Source: an uncultured Helicobacteraceae bacterium
GTDB taxonomy: Bacteria > Campylobacterota > Campylobacteria > Campylobacterales > Helicobacteraceae
Length of the DNA: 64,000 nt
Direction of reading: 5' to 3'
Assembly: GCA_947176375.1 (NCBI GenBank)
Contig: CAMWQM010000006.1
Coordinates: 13,531 to 77,530 of the forward strand
Part shown: in pieces, positions 10,637 to 21,279 of the stretch
Numbering within the stretch: the stretch's first letter is position 1
Layout of the letters: every line of letters starts with the position of its first letter
Program-made: the position numbers and the translations under genes
Notes under the pieces: generated by a model
What the model was told of the DNA's origin: nothing
Databases searched by the model: none
The model's input: the letters and a program-made list of their open reading frames with translations, nothing else

Positions 10637-13411
10637 ATGGATTACAAAGACACTCTAAATTTATCTCAAAGTGATTTTCCTATGCGTGGGAATCTCCCAC
10701 AAAATGAACCTAAAATCTATCAAAAATGGGCAAAAGAAAACACTTACTTTAAACTCCTACAAAATCGCAAAAATGCTACTCAAAGCTTTAATCTCCACGA
10801 TGGTCCTCCTTATGCAAATGGACATATACACATAGGACACGCACTAAATAAAATCCTAAAAGATATAGTGGTAAAATATCATTACTTTCAGGGGCATAAT
10901 GTGTATTATACGCCTGGCTGGGACTGCCACGGGTTACCCATAGAGCAGCAAGTAGAAAAAAAACTAGGTAAAGAAAAAAAAGATAAATTAGAAAAAACAA
11001 AGATTAGAGAGCTTTGTAGGAAGCATGCAAGTGAGTTTATAGAAATTCAAAAAAAGGAATTTTTAGAATTAGGCGTGATTGGGGATTTTGAAAATCCTTA
11101 TAAAACGATGGATTTTGCCTTTGAAGCAGAGATTTATAAAACCCTTTGTAAAATTGCTAAAAAAGGACTATTAAAAGAGCGAAGTAAGCCTGTTTTTTGG
11201 AGCTGGGCAGCTAAAAGTGCTTTAGCAGAAGCAGAGGTGGAATATCAAGATAAAGAAGATTATTCTATTTTTGTGGGCTTTGATTTGGATAAAAACGCTT
11301 GTGATGCTTTAGGGTGTGAGAGGGCAAAGGCTGTGATTTGGACGACTACGCCTTGGACGTTGCCTTCAAATCAAGCCATTTGCCTTAATCCAAATGAAAT
11401 GTATGTGCTTACAAAAGAAAATCTAATCTTTGCGAAGCCTCTGCTTCAAAGTATTATCGAGCTTGGTTTAAGCAAAGGCGAGATATTAAAAGAGATAAAT
11501 GCAAAAGATTTTGAAAGCCTAGAGGCGATAAATCCGTTAAATGGGCGAAAATCAATCTTTATTCTAGGTGAGCATGTTTTGATGAATGGTGGAAGTGGGC
11601 TTGTGCATTCTGCCCCTGGACACGGCGAGGAGGATTATTTTGCGTGTTTAGCTTATGATAAAGATATGGAAGTAATTATGCCTGTTGATGATGATGGCTG
11701 TTTTGATGAAACTATTAAGACAAAAGGGCTTTTTTATCCAGATGTTGTCGATGAATTTTTAAATGTTAGGGTTTTTGATGCAAATGAGAAGATTATTAAA
11801 CTTTTGGGAGAAAATTTACTTTACTGCTCAAAATTTACTCACTCTTATCCATTTTGTTGGCGAACACACGAACCTGTGATTTATCGTGCTACAAGGCAGT
11901 GGTTTATTTTAATGGATACTCCTTTTAGCAAAAATGGTAAAACTCTGCGAGAAATTGCATTAGAAGAAATTAATAAAACGACCTTTTACCCAGAGCACGG
12001 AAGAAATAGAATTTATTCAATGATAGAAAATCGTCCTGATTGGTGTATCTCAAGGCAGCGGGATTGGGGTGTGCCTATCGCATTTTTTAGGGATAAAAAA
12101 AGTGGTGAGATTATACTAGATTCTAATGTGTTAGAACATATTGCAAGCATCTTTGAGAAAGAGGGTTGTGATGCGTGGTGGAGCAAGAGTATTGATGAGC
12201 TTTTACCACAGAATCTAAAAGATAGAGCACAAAATTTGGAAAAAATTCATCATATTTTAGATGTGTGGTTTGATAGTGGAAGCACTTGGAGTGCAGTATT
12301 ACAGAGTGAGCGATATGAAAGTGGAGGCTATCCTGCTAGTATGTATTTGGAGGGAAGTGACCAGCATAGAGGTTGGTTTCAAAGCTCTCTTTTAATCTCT
12401 TGTGCGATAAATGAAAAAGCTCCTTATAATGCGATTTTAACGCATGGATTTACTATGGACGGAAATGGCGAGAAAATGAGTAAATCCAAAGGCAATACAA
12501 TAGCCCCACAAGATATTCTTAAAAATTATGGAAGTGAGATTTTAAGGCTTTGGGTGGCGCTAAGTGATTATCAGAATGACCAGCGTATTTCAGATAACAT
12601 CTTAAAGCAAGTTAGTGAGCAGTATAGGAAGATTCGCAACTCTATTAGATTTATTCTTGCAAACACGAATGATTTTAGTGCTTTTGTGGCAAAAGGCGAG
12701 TTAAATGAAATTGATAGGTGGATTCTAAATAGAGCAAATGAAGTTTTTAGTGAAGCAAATGATTTATTTAGTAATTATGAATTTTCAAAAGCTCTAAATG
12801 TTGTCCTAGCATTCATTAGTAATGAGTTAAGTAGTATTTATTTTGATTTATGCAAGGATATTTTGTATTGTGATGGCAAAGATTCTGTCTCTAGAAAGGC
12901 TGTGCAGAGTGTATTAGTAGTGATTGCTAATAAACTATTTATATTTTTAGCTCCGATTTTAACTTATAGTGTAAATGAGGCTATAAGCTACGCTACACCT
13001 TTATTAAATGGTGATTGCAAAGATATGTTTGACCTAAATAATACAAATAATAGAGAATTTGATTTAGAAATGAATGAAGATTTTAGCAAATTGCTTGGAA
13101 TCCGTGCAGCATTTGGCACAGAAATAGATAAATTAAAAAAAGATAAAAACATCAAAAGCTCTTTAGAGCTTGAAATTGCACTAGATTCTAATATTGATAA
13201 AAATATTTTGGCAAATTTTCTTATCATAAGTCGTGTGATTAATGTTAGTGAAATGAATAAAGAAAATGTTTTAGCTAGTTTTAATATTGATGATAAAGAA
13301 ATTTTTATTCTAAAATCTTCACTTTATAAATGTCCTAGATGTTGGCGTCTTGCCTCTAACGAGAGTGAAAGTTTATGTCCTAGATGTGAGAATGTGCTAA
13401 AAAATATTTAG
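10637..13411 (+). CDS. ileS: Isoleucine--tRNA ligase
   Basis: HIGH motif [18 protein letters not shown] motif KMSKSKGN, and a C-terminal zinc motif CPRCW...CPRC. I prefer ATG 10637 (MDYKDTLNL) over the track's TTG at 10616. Confidence 0.95.
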   Translation: MDYKDTLNLSQSDFPMRGNLPQNEPKIYQKWAKENTYFKLLQNRKNATQSFNLHDGPPYANGHIHIGHALNKILKDIVVKYHYFQGHNVYYTPGWDCHGLPIEQQVEKKLGKEKKDKLEKTKIRELCRKHASEFIEIQKKEFLELGVIGDFENPYKTMDFAFEAEIYKTLCKIAKKGLLKERSKPVFWSWAAKSALAEAEVEYQDKEDYSIFVGFDLDKNACDALGCERAKAVIWTTTPWTLPSNQAICLNPNEMYVLTKENLIFAKPLLQSIIELGLSKGEILKEINAKDFESLEAINPLNGRKSIFILGEHVLMNGGSGLVHSAPGHGEEDYFACLAYDKDMEVIMPVDDDGCFDETIKTKGLFYPDVVDEFLNVRVFDANEKIIKLLGENLLYCSKFTHSYPFCWRTHEPVIYRATRQWFILMDTPFSKNGKTLREIALEEINKTTFYPEHGRNRIYSMIENRPDWCISRQRDWGVPIAFFRDKKSGEIILDSNVLEHIASIFEKEGCDAWWSKSIDELLPQNLKDRAQNLEKIHHILDVWFDSGSTWSAVLQSERYESGGYPASMYLEGSDQHRGWFQSSLLISCAINEKAPYNAILTHGFTMDGNGEKMSKSKGNTIAPQDILKNYGSEILRLWVALSDYQNDQRISDNILKQVSEQYRKIRNSIRFILANTNDFSAFVAKGELNEIDRWILNRANEVFSEANDLFSNYEFSKALNVVLAFISNELSSIYFDLCKDILYCDGKDSVSRKAVQSVLVVIANKLFIFLAPILTYSVNEAISYATPLLNGDCKDMFDLNNTNNREFDLEMNEDFSKLLGIRAAFGTEIDKLKKDKNIKSSLELEIALDSNIDKNILANFLIISRVINVSEMNKENVLASFNIDDKEIFILKSSLYKCPRCWRLASNESESLCPRCENVLKNI

Positions 13412-13713
13412 CCAAAATGTATAAGAGACGAAAAGCTAGAATCTAGCATTAAAATAAAAAGGTAGGGTGGCAAGTGCATCCAAACATAAAAGGCAAATTT
13501 AGAAAAACTAGCAATAAAAAGTTAGATTTTGCATTGGCAAATGTGATTACACTAAATGATATAACGATTTAATCTTTAAAATCATTATATATTGATGATA
13601 TGGACGAATTTATGTTTAAAAAGATTGAATCTATTTGAAGCGAGAGAATTGAATTTATACATTAATAGCTATGATGATTTTTTTAAGAGATATTAATTAT
13701 GAGATTGAATTAA

Positions 13714-14248
13714 ATAGTAGAGTGCAAAGCTGTATTTGAGTATTTTTATGTTTTTAAACATTTAAAGTATTATGAATATGTTATTTGGATAGATATAGAC
13801 ATTTTAATCTTACAAAGATATTACCAAATACTAGCAAATGATTGTGATATAAAATGGAGAGATGGAATGAAGCCTATTTTAAAATATTTCACAATCAAAG
13901 GTTTTGAATTTGAAATAAGCAGAATCTCAGAGCCAAATGGAGGAAACTTTAGCCTATTGCATTTCTTGCTAGACAAGATTCTAAAGTCTTATAATTTAAC
14001 CAAAGAGTATTTAGCATAGAATTATTATAAATAATGTTACGAATGTGTTTCTAAGGCATTTAGATGGAATGCCCTTTGGAACCTTAGCCTTTAAATATAT
14101 AAGCTCGATTTTAAATTTTTTTGTAGATTTGGCAAATGTCTTTCCATTTGAATATATTAAAAATACTATCATCATTCACGCGTTATGTCCTAGCGAATTC
14201 TGGAATAAAATATTTACACACTTTTTGCCTATCAAGAATGGTGCGTAA
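13714..14248 (+). pseudogene. Decayed glycosyltransferase (GT8-like, DXD type) remnants
   Basis: A stop-bounded fragment at 13714-14019 has no start codon and reads ...YEYVIWIDIDILILQRYY... (DXD-like). ORF 14045-14248 contains TIIIHALCPSEFW, resembling the GT8 HxxGxxKPW region. The assignment is tentative. Confidence 0.35.
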
Positions 14249-15104
14249 ATCACAAAATTTATCAAACTAAATACAATAAAAAGATTTTAGCGATGGCTTG
14301 GAGCTATATTCCAGTATTATGGAATCTAATTTACAAATCTATAAATCTATAATTTACAATGAAATTACAATGAATATATTGAAAATATTACAAAAGAATT
14401 TAGTAAAAAAGTCTTTATATAAACTTTAAAGAATCTTACTTTGATATTATTACTAGAGGTTTTGGCGATAGTTTATTATTAACTTTCATATTAAATTTCA
14501 TTTTAGTCTTATGCTTCAAATTATGCGTCTAAATGATATTATTTAAATAGGTTTTGGCGATAGGTTGCTTAAATGCAATTCAGAATAATACTTTGATAAT
14601 TTTTGCAAAAATAATCTTAGTTGCTTTTAAAAACACTATATCAAAAAATATTGAGATAAATATGGTATTTAGTGAGTTTAAAGCTTTGTTAGCTTCTATT
14701 TTTAATGATTTTTAGCCGATTAAGCAAAAAGGAAAAATAAACTCTAAAATAACTCATATCTTTAAAAACTGCACCCAAAAAACATAAAAATAGAGTTTAA
14801 TTGTAATAGAATCTGCGGAGTTTAAAAGCAATAATATTGAAAGTTTTCAAGATTTAAAAATCACACAAATAAATATCAATAATATGAATCAATATTCTAT
14901 GATAAGAAATAGCACCAAAATTAGACCATTTATAAGCTTTTGCAAAAAATAAGAAAGCATTAGATTTATGTTTTAATTGCAAGTTTTTGCATTATAAATA
15001 TTTTTGTCAAGAATTTTCTATATTAATTTATTGTTTAAGGCTAAAAAATCAATGCTATTTTGAATCCAAATTGAGCAACTTTTATTTTTGGATAGAGTTA
15101 AAAA

Positions 15105-15863
15105 TTAAAATTTTTTGCCCTTACTAAAGTTAATTAAATCCTCTGCATTACAAACTCCAAAAGGTAGATTTAAAATACTCATTTCAAAAACTTTTAATGC
15201 GATTATGCAATCCGCATAAGCACGATGTCTTAAAGGATAATTTATTCCTAAAAATTCATTTAAGTATCCTAGTCCATATTTTTGCGCCAAAATAGTTTTT
15301 CTAGCAAGTTGCAGACTGCAAAGCACTCGATTTTTCATAACCGGAAGCCTGACTTGCTCTAATTTGCCATTTATAAAATTAAAGTCAAAAATTGCATTAT
15401 GTGCTATAAATATACAATCACTTAAAAAAATCTTAAATCTTTCTAGCACAATATTTAGCTTTGGTGCATTTATTGTATCTTTGCTTTCTATTCCTGTTAT
15501 TTCGGTGATTTTGGGCGGAATCTCACTGCAAAAAATATAACTTTCAAATTTATCAACAATATTTCCATTATGATATTTAATCGCACCAATTTCAATGATT
15601 TCATTATCCTTTGGAGAGAATCCAGTAGTTTCAATATCAACGATACAAAACTCACAATCAAAAATACTATTTTTGCTTTTTAGTCTAATGTTAGAATCTT
15701 CTATCAAAAGTGGGATTCCAAATGCTTTGCATAGCTCAAAATTTGTCTCAAAATCATTGTAATTATCAAGTATTTCTAAAAAGGTGTTAGTATCGATAGA
15801 ATGCTCTTTTACAAGCACTTCAATTAAATTGTCATAGTTTTGTAAAAATATAGTATCTTGCAT
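15105..15863 (-). CDS. DnaQ-family 3'-5' exonuclease (DNA polymerase III epsilon-like)
   Basis: 252 aa with Exo motifs VDIETTG, AHNAIFDFNF and HRAYADC. The gene lies downstream of rpe, as in H. pylori. Confidence 0.85.
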   Translation of the reverse strand: MQDTIFLQNYDNLIEVLVKEHSIDTNTFLEILDNYNDFETNFELCKAFGIPLLIEDSNIRLKSKNSIFDCEFCIVDIETTGFSPKDNEIIEIGAIKYHNGNIVDKFESYIFCSEIPPKITEITGIESKDTINAPKLNIVLERFKIFLSDCIFIAHNAIFDFNFINGKLEQVRLPVMKNRVLCSLQLARKTILAQKYGLGYLNEFLGINYPLRHRAYADCIIALKVFEMSILNLPFGVCNAEDLINFSKGKKF

Positions 15864-16501
15864 TATCTAAGCGAATTAATTGCAATTTGGTAATCTTTAG
15901 AGCTAAAAATATAATTTCCAGAAACTACCATATCAACGCCACAATCCTTAATCATAGAAATATTTTTATCATTTATTCCACCATCCATTTCAATTAGGCA
16001 TTGGAGATTCTGCTCTTTTATCATTTCTTTTAATTTGATTGCTTTTTCTAGTGTGCTTGTGATAAAATTCTGCCCACCAAAGCCCGGATTTACCGACATC
16101 AAAAGCACCAAATCTACATATTTTAAAATATATTCAAGGGTGCTTTGCGAAGTATGTGGATTTAGCACAATTCCGGGGTGAATGTGATTATCTCTAATCA
16201 AATGTAGCATTTTATTTATATGTTTTTCTTCTTCAATGTGAATGCTTAAAAACTCTGGATTTAAATCAATAAACATATTGATAAAAAACTCTGTATTTTG
16301 CACCATTAGGTGGATATCTAGCTTTTTTTTAGAATATTTTGCAATAGTTTTAATAATATCTTTACCAAAGGTGATATTTGGCACAAAATGCCCATCCATC
16401 ACATCAATATGCAGATAATCGCAATCTGTGCGGTTTAATTCTTCTATCTCTTCTTTCAATCTCCCAAAATCCGCCGAAAGCATACTTGGAGCAACTAACA
16501 T
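15863..16501 (-). CDS. rpe: Ribulose-phosphate 3-epimerase
   Basis: 212 aa with the motifs SMLSADF, HIDVMDGHFVPN, MSVNPGFGGQ and DGGIN. Confidence 0.93.
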   Translation of the reverse strand: MLVAPSMLSADFGRLKEEIEELNRTDCDYLHIDVMDGHFVPNITFGKDIIKTIAKYSKKKLDIHLMVQNTEFFINMFIDLNPEFLSIHIEEEKHINKMLHLIRDNHIHPGIVLNPHTSQSTLEYILKYVDLVLLMSVNPGFGGQNFITSTLEKAIKLKEMIKEQNLQCLIEMDGGINDKNISMIKDCGVDMVVSGNYIFSSKDYQIAINSLR

Positions 16502-16634
16502 ATTTTTTAACCTTGTAATTATTTTTTAAAGCTATAATCATAATAAAAAAAATCTAAAAACTATATTTTAAAGCTATAATTGCATACATTTTGTTTAATT
16601 TAAAAGTTTTAAAAACCAAATATAAGGAATCTAA

Positions 16635-17330
16635 ATGGATTATATTTTAGAAATCTCAAATCTCACAAAGAATTTTGGCAAAATAAATGCACTTAATGAT
16701 GTTTCTTTAGAGATTAAAAAAGGAGAGATAATAGGGCTTCTTGGACCAAATGGTTCTGGTAAAACGACTTTGATTAAAATTATTAGTGGTTTAATTAATA
16801 ATTATGAGGGTAGGGTTTTACTATTAGGAAATAAAATTGGAGTGGAGAGCAAGAGTAAGATTGCATATTTGCCAGATGTGAATTTCATTTCGCCATCTTG
16901 GAGTGTGCATAAATCTTTGCATTATTTTGCTGATTTCTTTGATGATTTTGATAAATCAAAAGCAATTTCTTTGCTAAAAGATTTAAATATTTCACTAGAT
17001 TCCACTTTTAAGACACTCTCAAAAGGGACAAAAGAAAAGCTACAATTAATTTTGATCTTAAGTAGGAGTGCAGAATTATACATTTTTGATGAGCCGATTG
17101 CAGGAGTTGATCCTGTGGCAAGGGATTTGATTTTTAAATTAATTTTAGAGAATTACAATAAAGATGCAAGCGTAATAATCTCTACACATTTAGTATTTAG
17201 TATTGAGAAGATTCTAACTTCTGCGATTTTTTTAAAATATGGCAATGTGATTGCGTTTGATAGTATCAACAATCTAAAAGAAAAATATGAAAATAAAAAT
17301 TTAGAAGAGATTTTTAAGGAGCTATTTTGA
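16635..17330 (+). CDS. ABC transporter ATP-binding protein
   Basis: 231 aa with Walker A GPNGSGKTT, signature LSKGTKEKL and Walker B LYIFDEP. Confidence 0.9.
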   Translation: MDYILEISNLTKNFGKINALNDVSLEIKKGEIIGLLGPNGSGKTTLIKIISGLINNYEGRVLLLGNKIGVESKSKIAYLPDVNFISPSWSVHKSLHYFADFFDDFDKSKAISLLKDLNISLDSTFKTLSKGTKEKLQLILILSRSAELYIFDEPIAGVDPVARDLIFKLILENYNKDASVIISTHLVFSIEKILTSAIFLKYGNVIAFDSINNLKEKYENKNLEEIFKELF

Positions 17331-18124
17331 AATTTTTTAAAGTATTGAAATATGAATTTTTGGAAAATATGACATCCATTTTACTAATTAATGGAATCTT
17401 AATTGTGCTAATTTTAACTATTAGATTATTTGCCGGTGCAGTGGATAGTTATCGTGATTTGAATTGGTTTACTTCAATGCTAATTATGTTAACACCTTTT
17501 GCGATTTTTTGCTCGATTATATTTTTGGTTATTGTGATTTTAAAATCACTTAATTCAAGGCTTTTTAGCACGGAGGGCTATCTTACATTAAGTTTGCCTG
17601 TGAAGTTAGATTCTATTCTTGTTTCTAAAATCATTGTTAGTGCATCTTATATATTATTAAGTTTATTGGTTGTATTTTTATGGGTGTTTTTAATGATTGG
17701 AAGTATAGAAGTTGATGTATTTAGAAATACTTATGAAACTTTAAGAAGTTTAGATTTTTTGCATACAATTTATATTTTGTGGCTTACTATTTTATACACT
17801 ATTAAGCCTCTAATTTGCATTTTATTTATTTTAACACTTTTAAATATAGGCAAGATTAATAGATTTAAGCCACTTGTTGGAATAGTTTTATTTTTTGTGC
17901 TATATATTATGGAGAGCCTGACTTTTGGAATTGCAAAAAATATGATATATCATTCATTTTTATTTATCGATGGTTATTACGCAGATTTTATTCGCTTATT
18001 TTTTCAATCTCACTATAAAACTATAAATATATTTGTGTTAACTGAAAGTATATCTACAATAGCGATAATTTTGATTTATTATTTCTTTTCAAAATATTTG
18101 ATAAAAAATAAATTAGAGATTTAG
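17327..18124 (+). CDS. ABC-2-type transporter permease-like membrane protein
   Basis: 265 aa with about 6 TM helices. The start overlaps the ATPase gene stop by 4 nt. Confidence 0.65.
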   Translation: MKFFKVLKYEFLENMTSILLINGILIVLILTIRLFAGAVDSYRDLNWFTSMLIMLTPFAIFCSIIFLVIVILKSLNSRLFSTEGYLTLSLPVKLDSILVSKIIVSASYILLSLLVVFLWVFLMIGSIEVDVFRNTYETLRSLDFLHTIYILWLTILYTIKPLICILFILTLLNIGKINRFKPLVGIVLFFVLYIMESLTFGIAKNMIYHSFLFIDGYYADFIRLFFQSHYKTINIFVLTESISTIAIILIYYFFSKYLIKNKLEI

Positions 18125-18128
18125 CAAG

Positions 18129-19975
18129 ATGCTAAAACTTGCTTTCAAAAATGTTAATATTTTTGTATTGCTATTTATTTCGTTTTTTGCGATTTTTTGC
18201 TCATTTTGGCTAATAATAAATTATGGAAACATAGATTTTAGTGCGATCATCTTTCATCTTAAAATGCCATATGGTGCGAATAGTTATTTTATAATTAGCT
18301 TTATCTTAGCTAGTATTGTGCCAAGCCTTATGCTTTCTTATTTGTGCTGTTTAAAGCGCATTATGCCTCTTATCATCATATTTGTGGTCTTTACTTTGCT
18401 TGTGGTATTAAAATATAACTATTTGGGCATTGTAGAGCGAATCTATAAAATAAAATTTGCGCTAAATTATAATTTATATCCATATATAGATTATTTGTAT
18501 GTTTTTTGTGGCATTGTAGTGGCGCTTTTGCTTGTATATTTTATGAATAGAAAATTTGGAAAATTTATTTATAAAAGAAGTATTTTGTTTGTTATGATTA
18601 TTTTTGTAGCTTCGCTTTATTCGCTTCATAGGCAATTCGATATAGTTAGATTCTTTACTAGAGATTACTCAAACTTCTATGAGCAAAACTATGTTTTTTA
18701 TGAATTGCCAAATAATTTAGAGGGCTTTAGAGTAGATACTAAAGATTCTATAGATTCCACATTAGAAATTCACATAATCCCACAAACAAAACGAAATCTA
18801 ATCATAATATTTTCTGAATCTATGGAATCTACTTATTCAAATACTGCTAATCTGCTGGAGCCAAATTTAGCAAATGGGGGAGTTGCATAATTTAGAATAT
18901 CCAGATTCCAACTTAAATGTGGAATTAAAAATAGATTCCACAAATGCAGAATCGAAATGGAAACTAAATATAGATTCTAAACTCAAAACTTCCACTTTAA
19001 ATTCCCCTCAAAATCTAGAATCTAATAATTTAGATTCCGCCATAGACTCCACTTTGCAAACAAAAAGGTAAAACAGCCTTTAAATCACTTCAAAATAAAA
19101 CTAATCTAATTCCGAATCTAACTTCTCTAGCAAATAGCCATATAAACTTTAGCACGACAGATTCTTTTGGTGGGATTATACAAGTTAAAAATACCTCTCC
19201 AACAATTGCTGGGACTTCATCTTATATGTGTGGTGTGCCTTTAAATGTTAGGATTGGCAATTATTTTAATATGCAAAATTTTCTATCCTCTGCTTCTTGT
19301 ATTAGTGATATACTGCATAATCTTGGCTATCACCAAATAGCACTTTTAGGATATGATTCTAGATTCGCTGGGTCCGCTGGATTTTTTAGGACGCATCATA
19401 TCAATGCAATCGATTTTCATAATTTCAAAGAAATGCTAAATATAAATAATGATAATCTAAATGATTTTAGTGGTTTTTGGGGGATAAAAGATAGCCTAGT
19501 TTTTGATTATGCAAAGAAATATCTTTCGCATATTGATAGCACAAAGCCTTTTGCACTCTATATTCCGACAGCTGATACATATTTTCCTGAAGGCTATGTG
19601 GATAAAGCTTATTGTAAAGGTCTGGATACCACTTATAATTCTGCAATTAAGTGCAATGATAAAATAATTAGCGATTTTGTCTCTTGGGTGCAGAGGTAGG
19701 ATTTTTATGAAAATACTACAATTGTAATCGTTGGTGACCATTTATCAATGAAACAAAATTATTTTAAAGAAAATGCCCCTAGATTCATTTTCAATATTTT
19801 TATTAATCCATCTTTTAGTAAGAATCCTAGCGCTGATTTGATAAAAAATAGAAAGTTATCTCATTTTGATATAACTGCTTTGATTTTAGATTCACTAAAT
19901 ATTAAGACTAAAGTCTTTGGTTTAGGACGTAATCCTCTTTATCAAAAAAACTTTACTAGAAATTTATGGAGTTGA
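18129..19975 (+). pseudogene. Disrupted sulfatase-family membrane enzyme (OpgB/MdoB- or LtaS-like phosphoglycerol transferase)
   Basis: - The N-terminal TM domain plus LIIIFSESMEST is in frame 0 (18129-18890).
- An LDS/LES-rich insert follows in frame 1 (18874-19071).
- The catalytic domain is in frame 2 (about 19046-19699; TIAGTSSYMCGVPL).
- An in-frame TAG at 19697 is followed by ...TIVIVGDHLS... up to 19975.
- The frame changes fall near a G5 run (18876-18880) and an A5 run (19062-19066). Confidence 0.75.
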
Positions 19976-20211
19976 AGAGTTTAATAAATTAATCTCACAA
20001 GATTCTAGACTTTATGAGAGCTTGTGGAAAACAAGCAATAAGAATTAAAATGAGCAATATTTATAAAATTTATAGAAGTTATTTTAAGTAATTAATAAAA
20101 TTATAGTTTTCCCTTCCATTTTTATTTTGGCTAGATTTTAGGCGGAAAATTTAATATAAAGTTTATTTTTAGTGTATAATTTTTCTTTTAAGAAAAAATA
20201 AGGAAGCTAAA

Positions 20212-21051
20212 ATGATAGATTCTGTAATTTCAGCCTTGCAGCGAGCAGCAATTAGCATTGACAATCTACTTAAAAATAGCAGTTTTGAATATTTGGATTC
20301 TAAAAATAGCACAGGTGATACGCAGCTAAAGCTAGATGTGGAATCTAATAAAATTTTTAAAGATGTGTTGCTTAGCCTTGATTTTATCAAAGGAGTTTGT
20401 AGTGAAGAAGAAAATGAAATAATTTACAAAGATAAAGAAAAAGGCTGTTATATGGTTGCATTTGACCCGCTTGATGGCTCTTCTATTGTAGATTCTAACT
20501 TTAGCATTGGAAGCATTTTTGGAATCTACAATGACGAATTATGTGCAAAAAATCTTATAGCAAGTGGTTATATTCTGTATGGAAATAGGCTTGAGATGGT
20601 TATCGCGCAAAATGATGTGAGCCATTATAGTTATAATGGCAGGGAGTGGAAATTTATAAATAATTTACTTTTAAATGATAAAGGCAAAATAAATGCACCC
20701 GGTGGCACACAAAAGCATTGGCATACCAATCATAAGCTTTTAGTTGAATCTCTTTTTTTAGAAGGTTATCGTTTGCGATATTCTGGCGGAATGGTGCCAG
20801 ATTTGCATAATATTTTGATAAAAGGTGGAGGATTGTTTAGCTATCCGCCTACAAGTGATGCACCAAATGGAAAATTAAGGGCATTATTTGAGGTATTTCC
20901 TTTTGCTTTCATTTATGAAAAAGCTGGTGGAGAGGCGATTGATGGTAAGGAGAGATTGCTTGATTTAGAGATTAATTCCACTCATCAAAGTATTCCTTGC
21001 TTTTTTGGTTCTAAATATGAGATTGAGCGCGTAAAATTAGCGTATAGATAA
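20212..21051 (+). CDS. fbp: Fructose-1,6-bisphosphatase class 1 (short epsilonproteobacterial form)
   Basis: 279 aa with the motifs FDPLDGSS, YSGGMVPDLHNIL and GKLRALFE. Confidence 0.88.
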   Translation: MIDSVISALQRAAISIDNLLKNSSFEYLDSKNSTGDTQLKLDVESNKIFKDVLLSLDFIKGVCSEEENEIIYKDKEKGCYMVAFDPLDGSSIVDSNFSIGSIFGIYNDELCAKNLIASGYILYGNRLEMVIAQNDVSHYSYNGREWKFINNLLLNDKGKINAPGGTQKHWHTNHKLLVESLFLEGYRLRYSGGMVPDLHNILIKGGGLFSYPPTSDAPNGKLRALFEVFPFAFIYEKAGGEAIDGKERLLDLEINSTHQSIPCFFGSKYEIERVKLAYR

Positions 21052-21061
21052 GGTTTTAGTA

Positions 21062-21259
21062 ATGCAAGAAAATATTTACGAAGAAGAATTAGACAAAAAA
21101 TTAGATGAGCTAAAATCTTGCCAAAGTCAAAATAATTTAGATTCCTGTCTAAAATGCATCAAACTCATAGGTTGTGAGATTCGCAAAAGTTATGTAGATT
21201 CTGTATATAAGAGTATGAATAATGGCAAGGGTGGATTCTTTAACTTTGAGACTGAATAA
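21062..21259 (+). CDS. Small Cys-containing hypothetical protein
   Basis: 65 aa with a CxxxxxxxxCxxCxxxxxC pattern. The ORF is tightly packed between fbp and metG. No family was recognised. Confidence 0.45.
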   Translation: MQENIYEEELDKKLDELKSCQSQNNLDSCLKCIKLIGCEIRKSYVDSVYKSMNNGKGGFFNFETE

Positions 21260-21279
21260 ATGCAATAAAAGGCACTAAA

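Noticed and set aside
18874-19071. A 65-aa ORF (MGELHNLEYPDSNLNVELKIDS...) considered as an independent small gene.
   Set aside because: It is the repeat module lying between two out-of-frame halves of the sulfatase-family gene. It has no RBS and is treated as part of the pseudogene.
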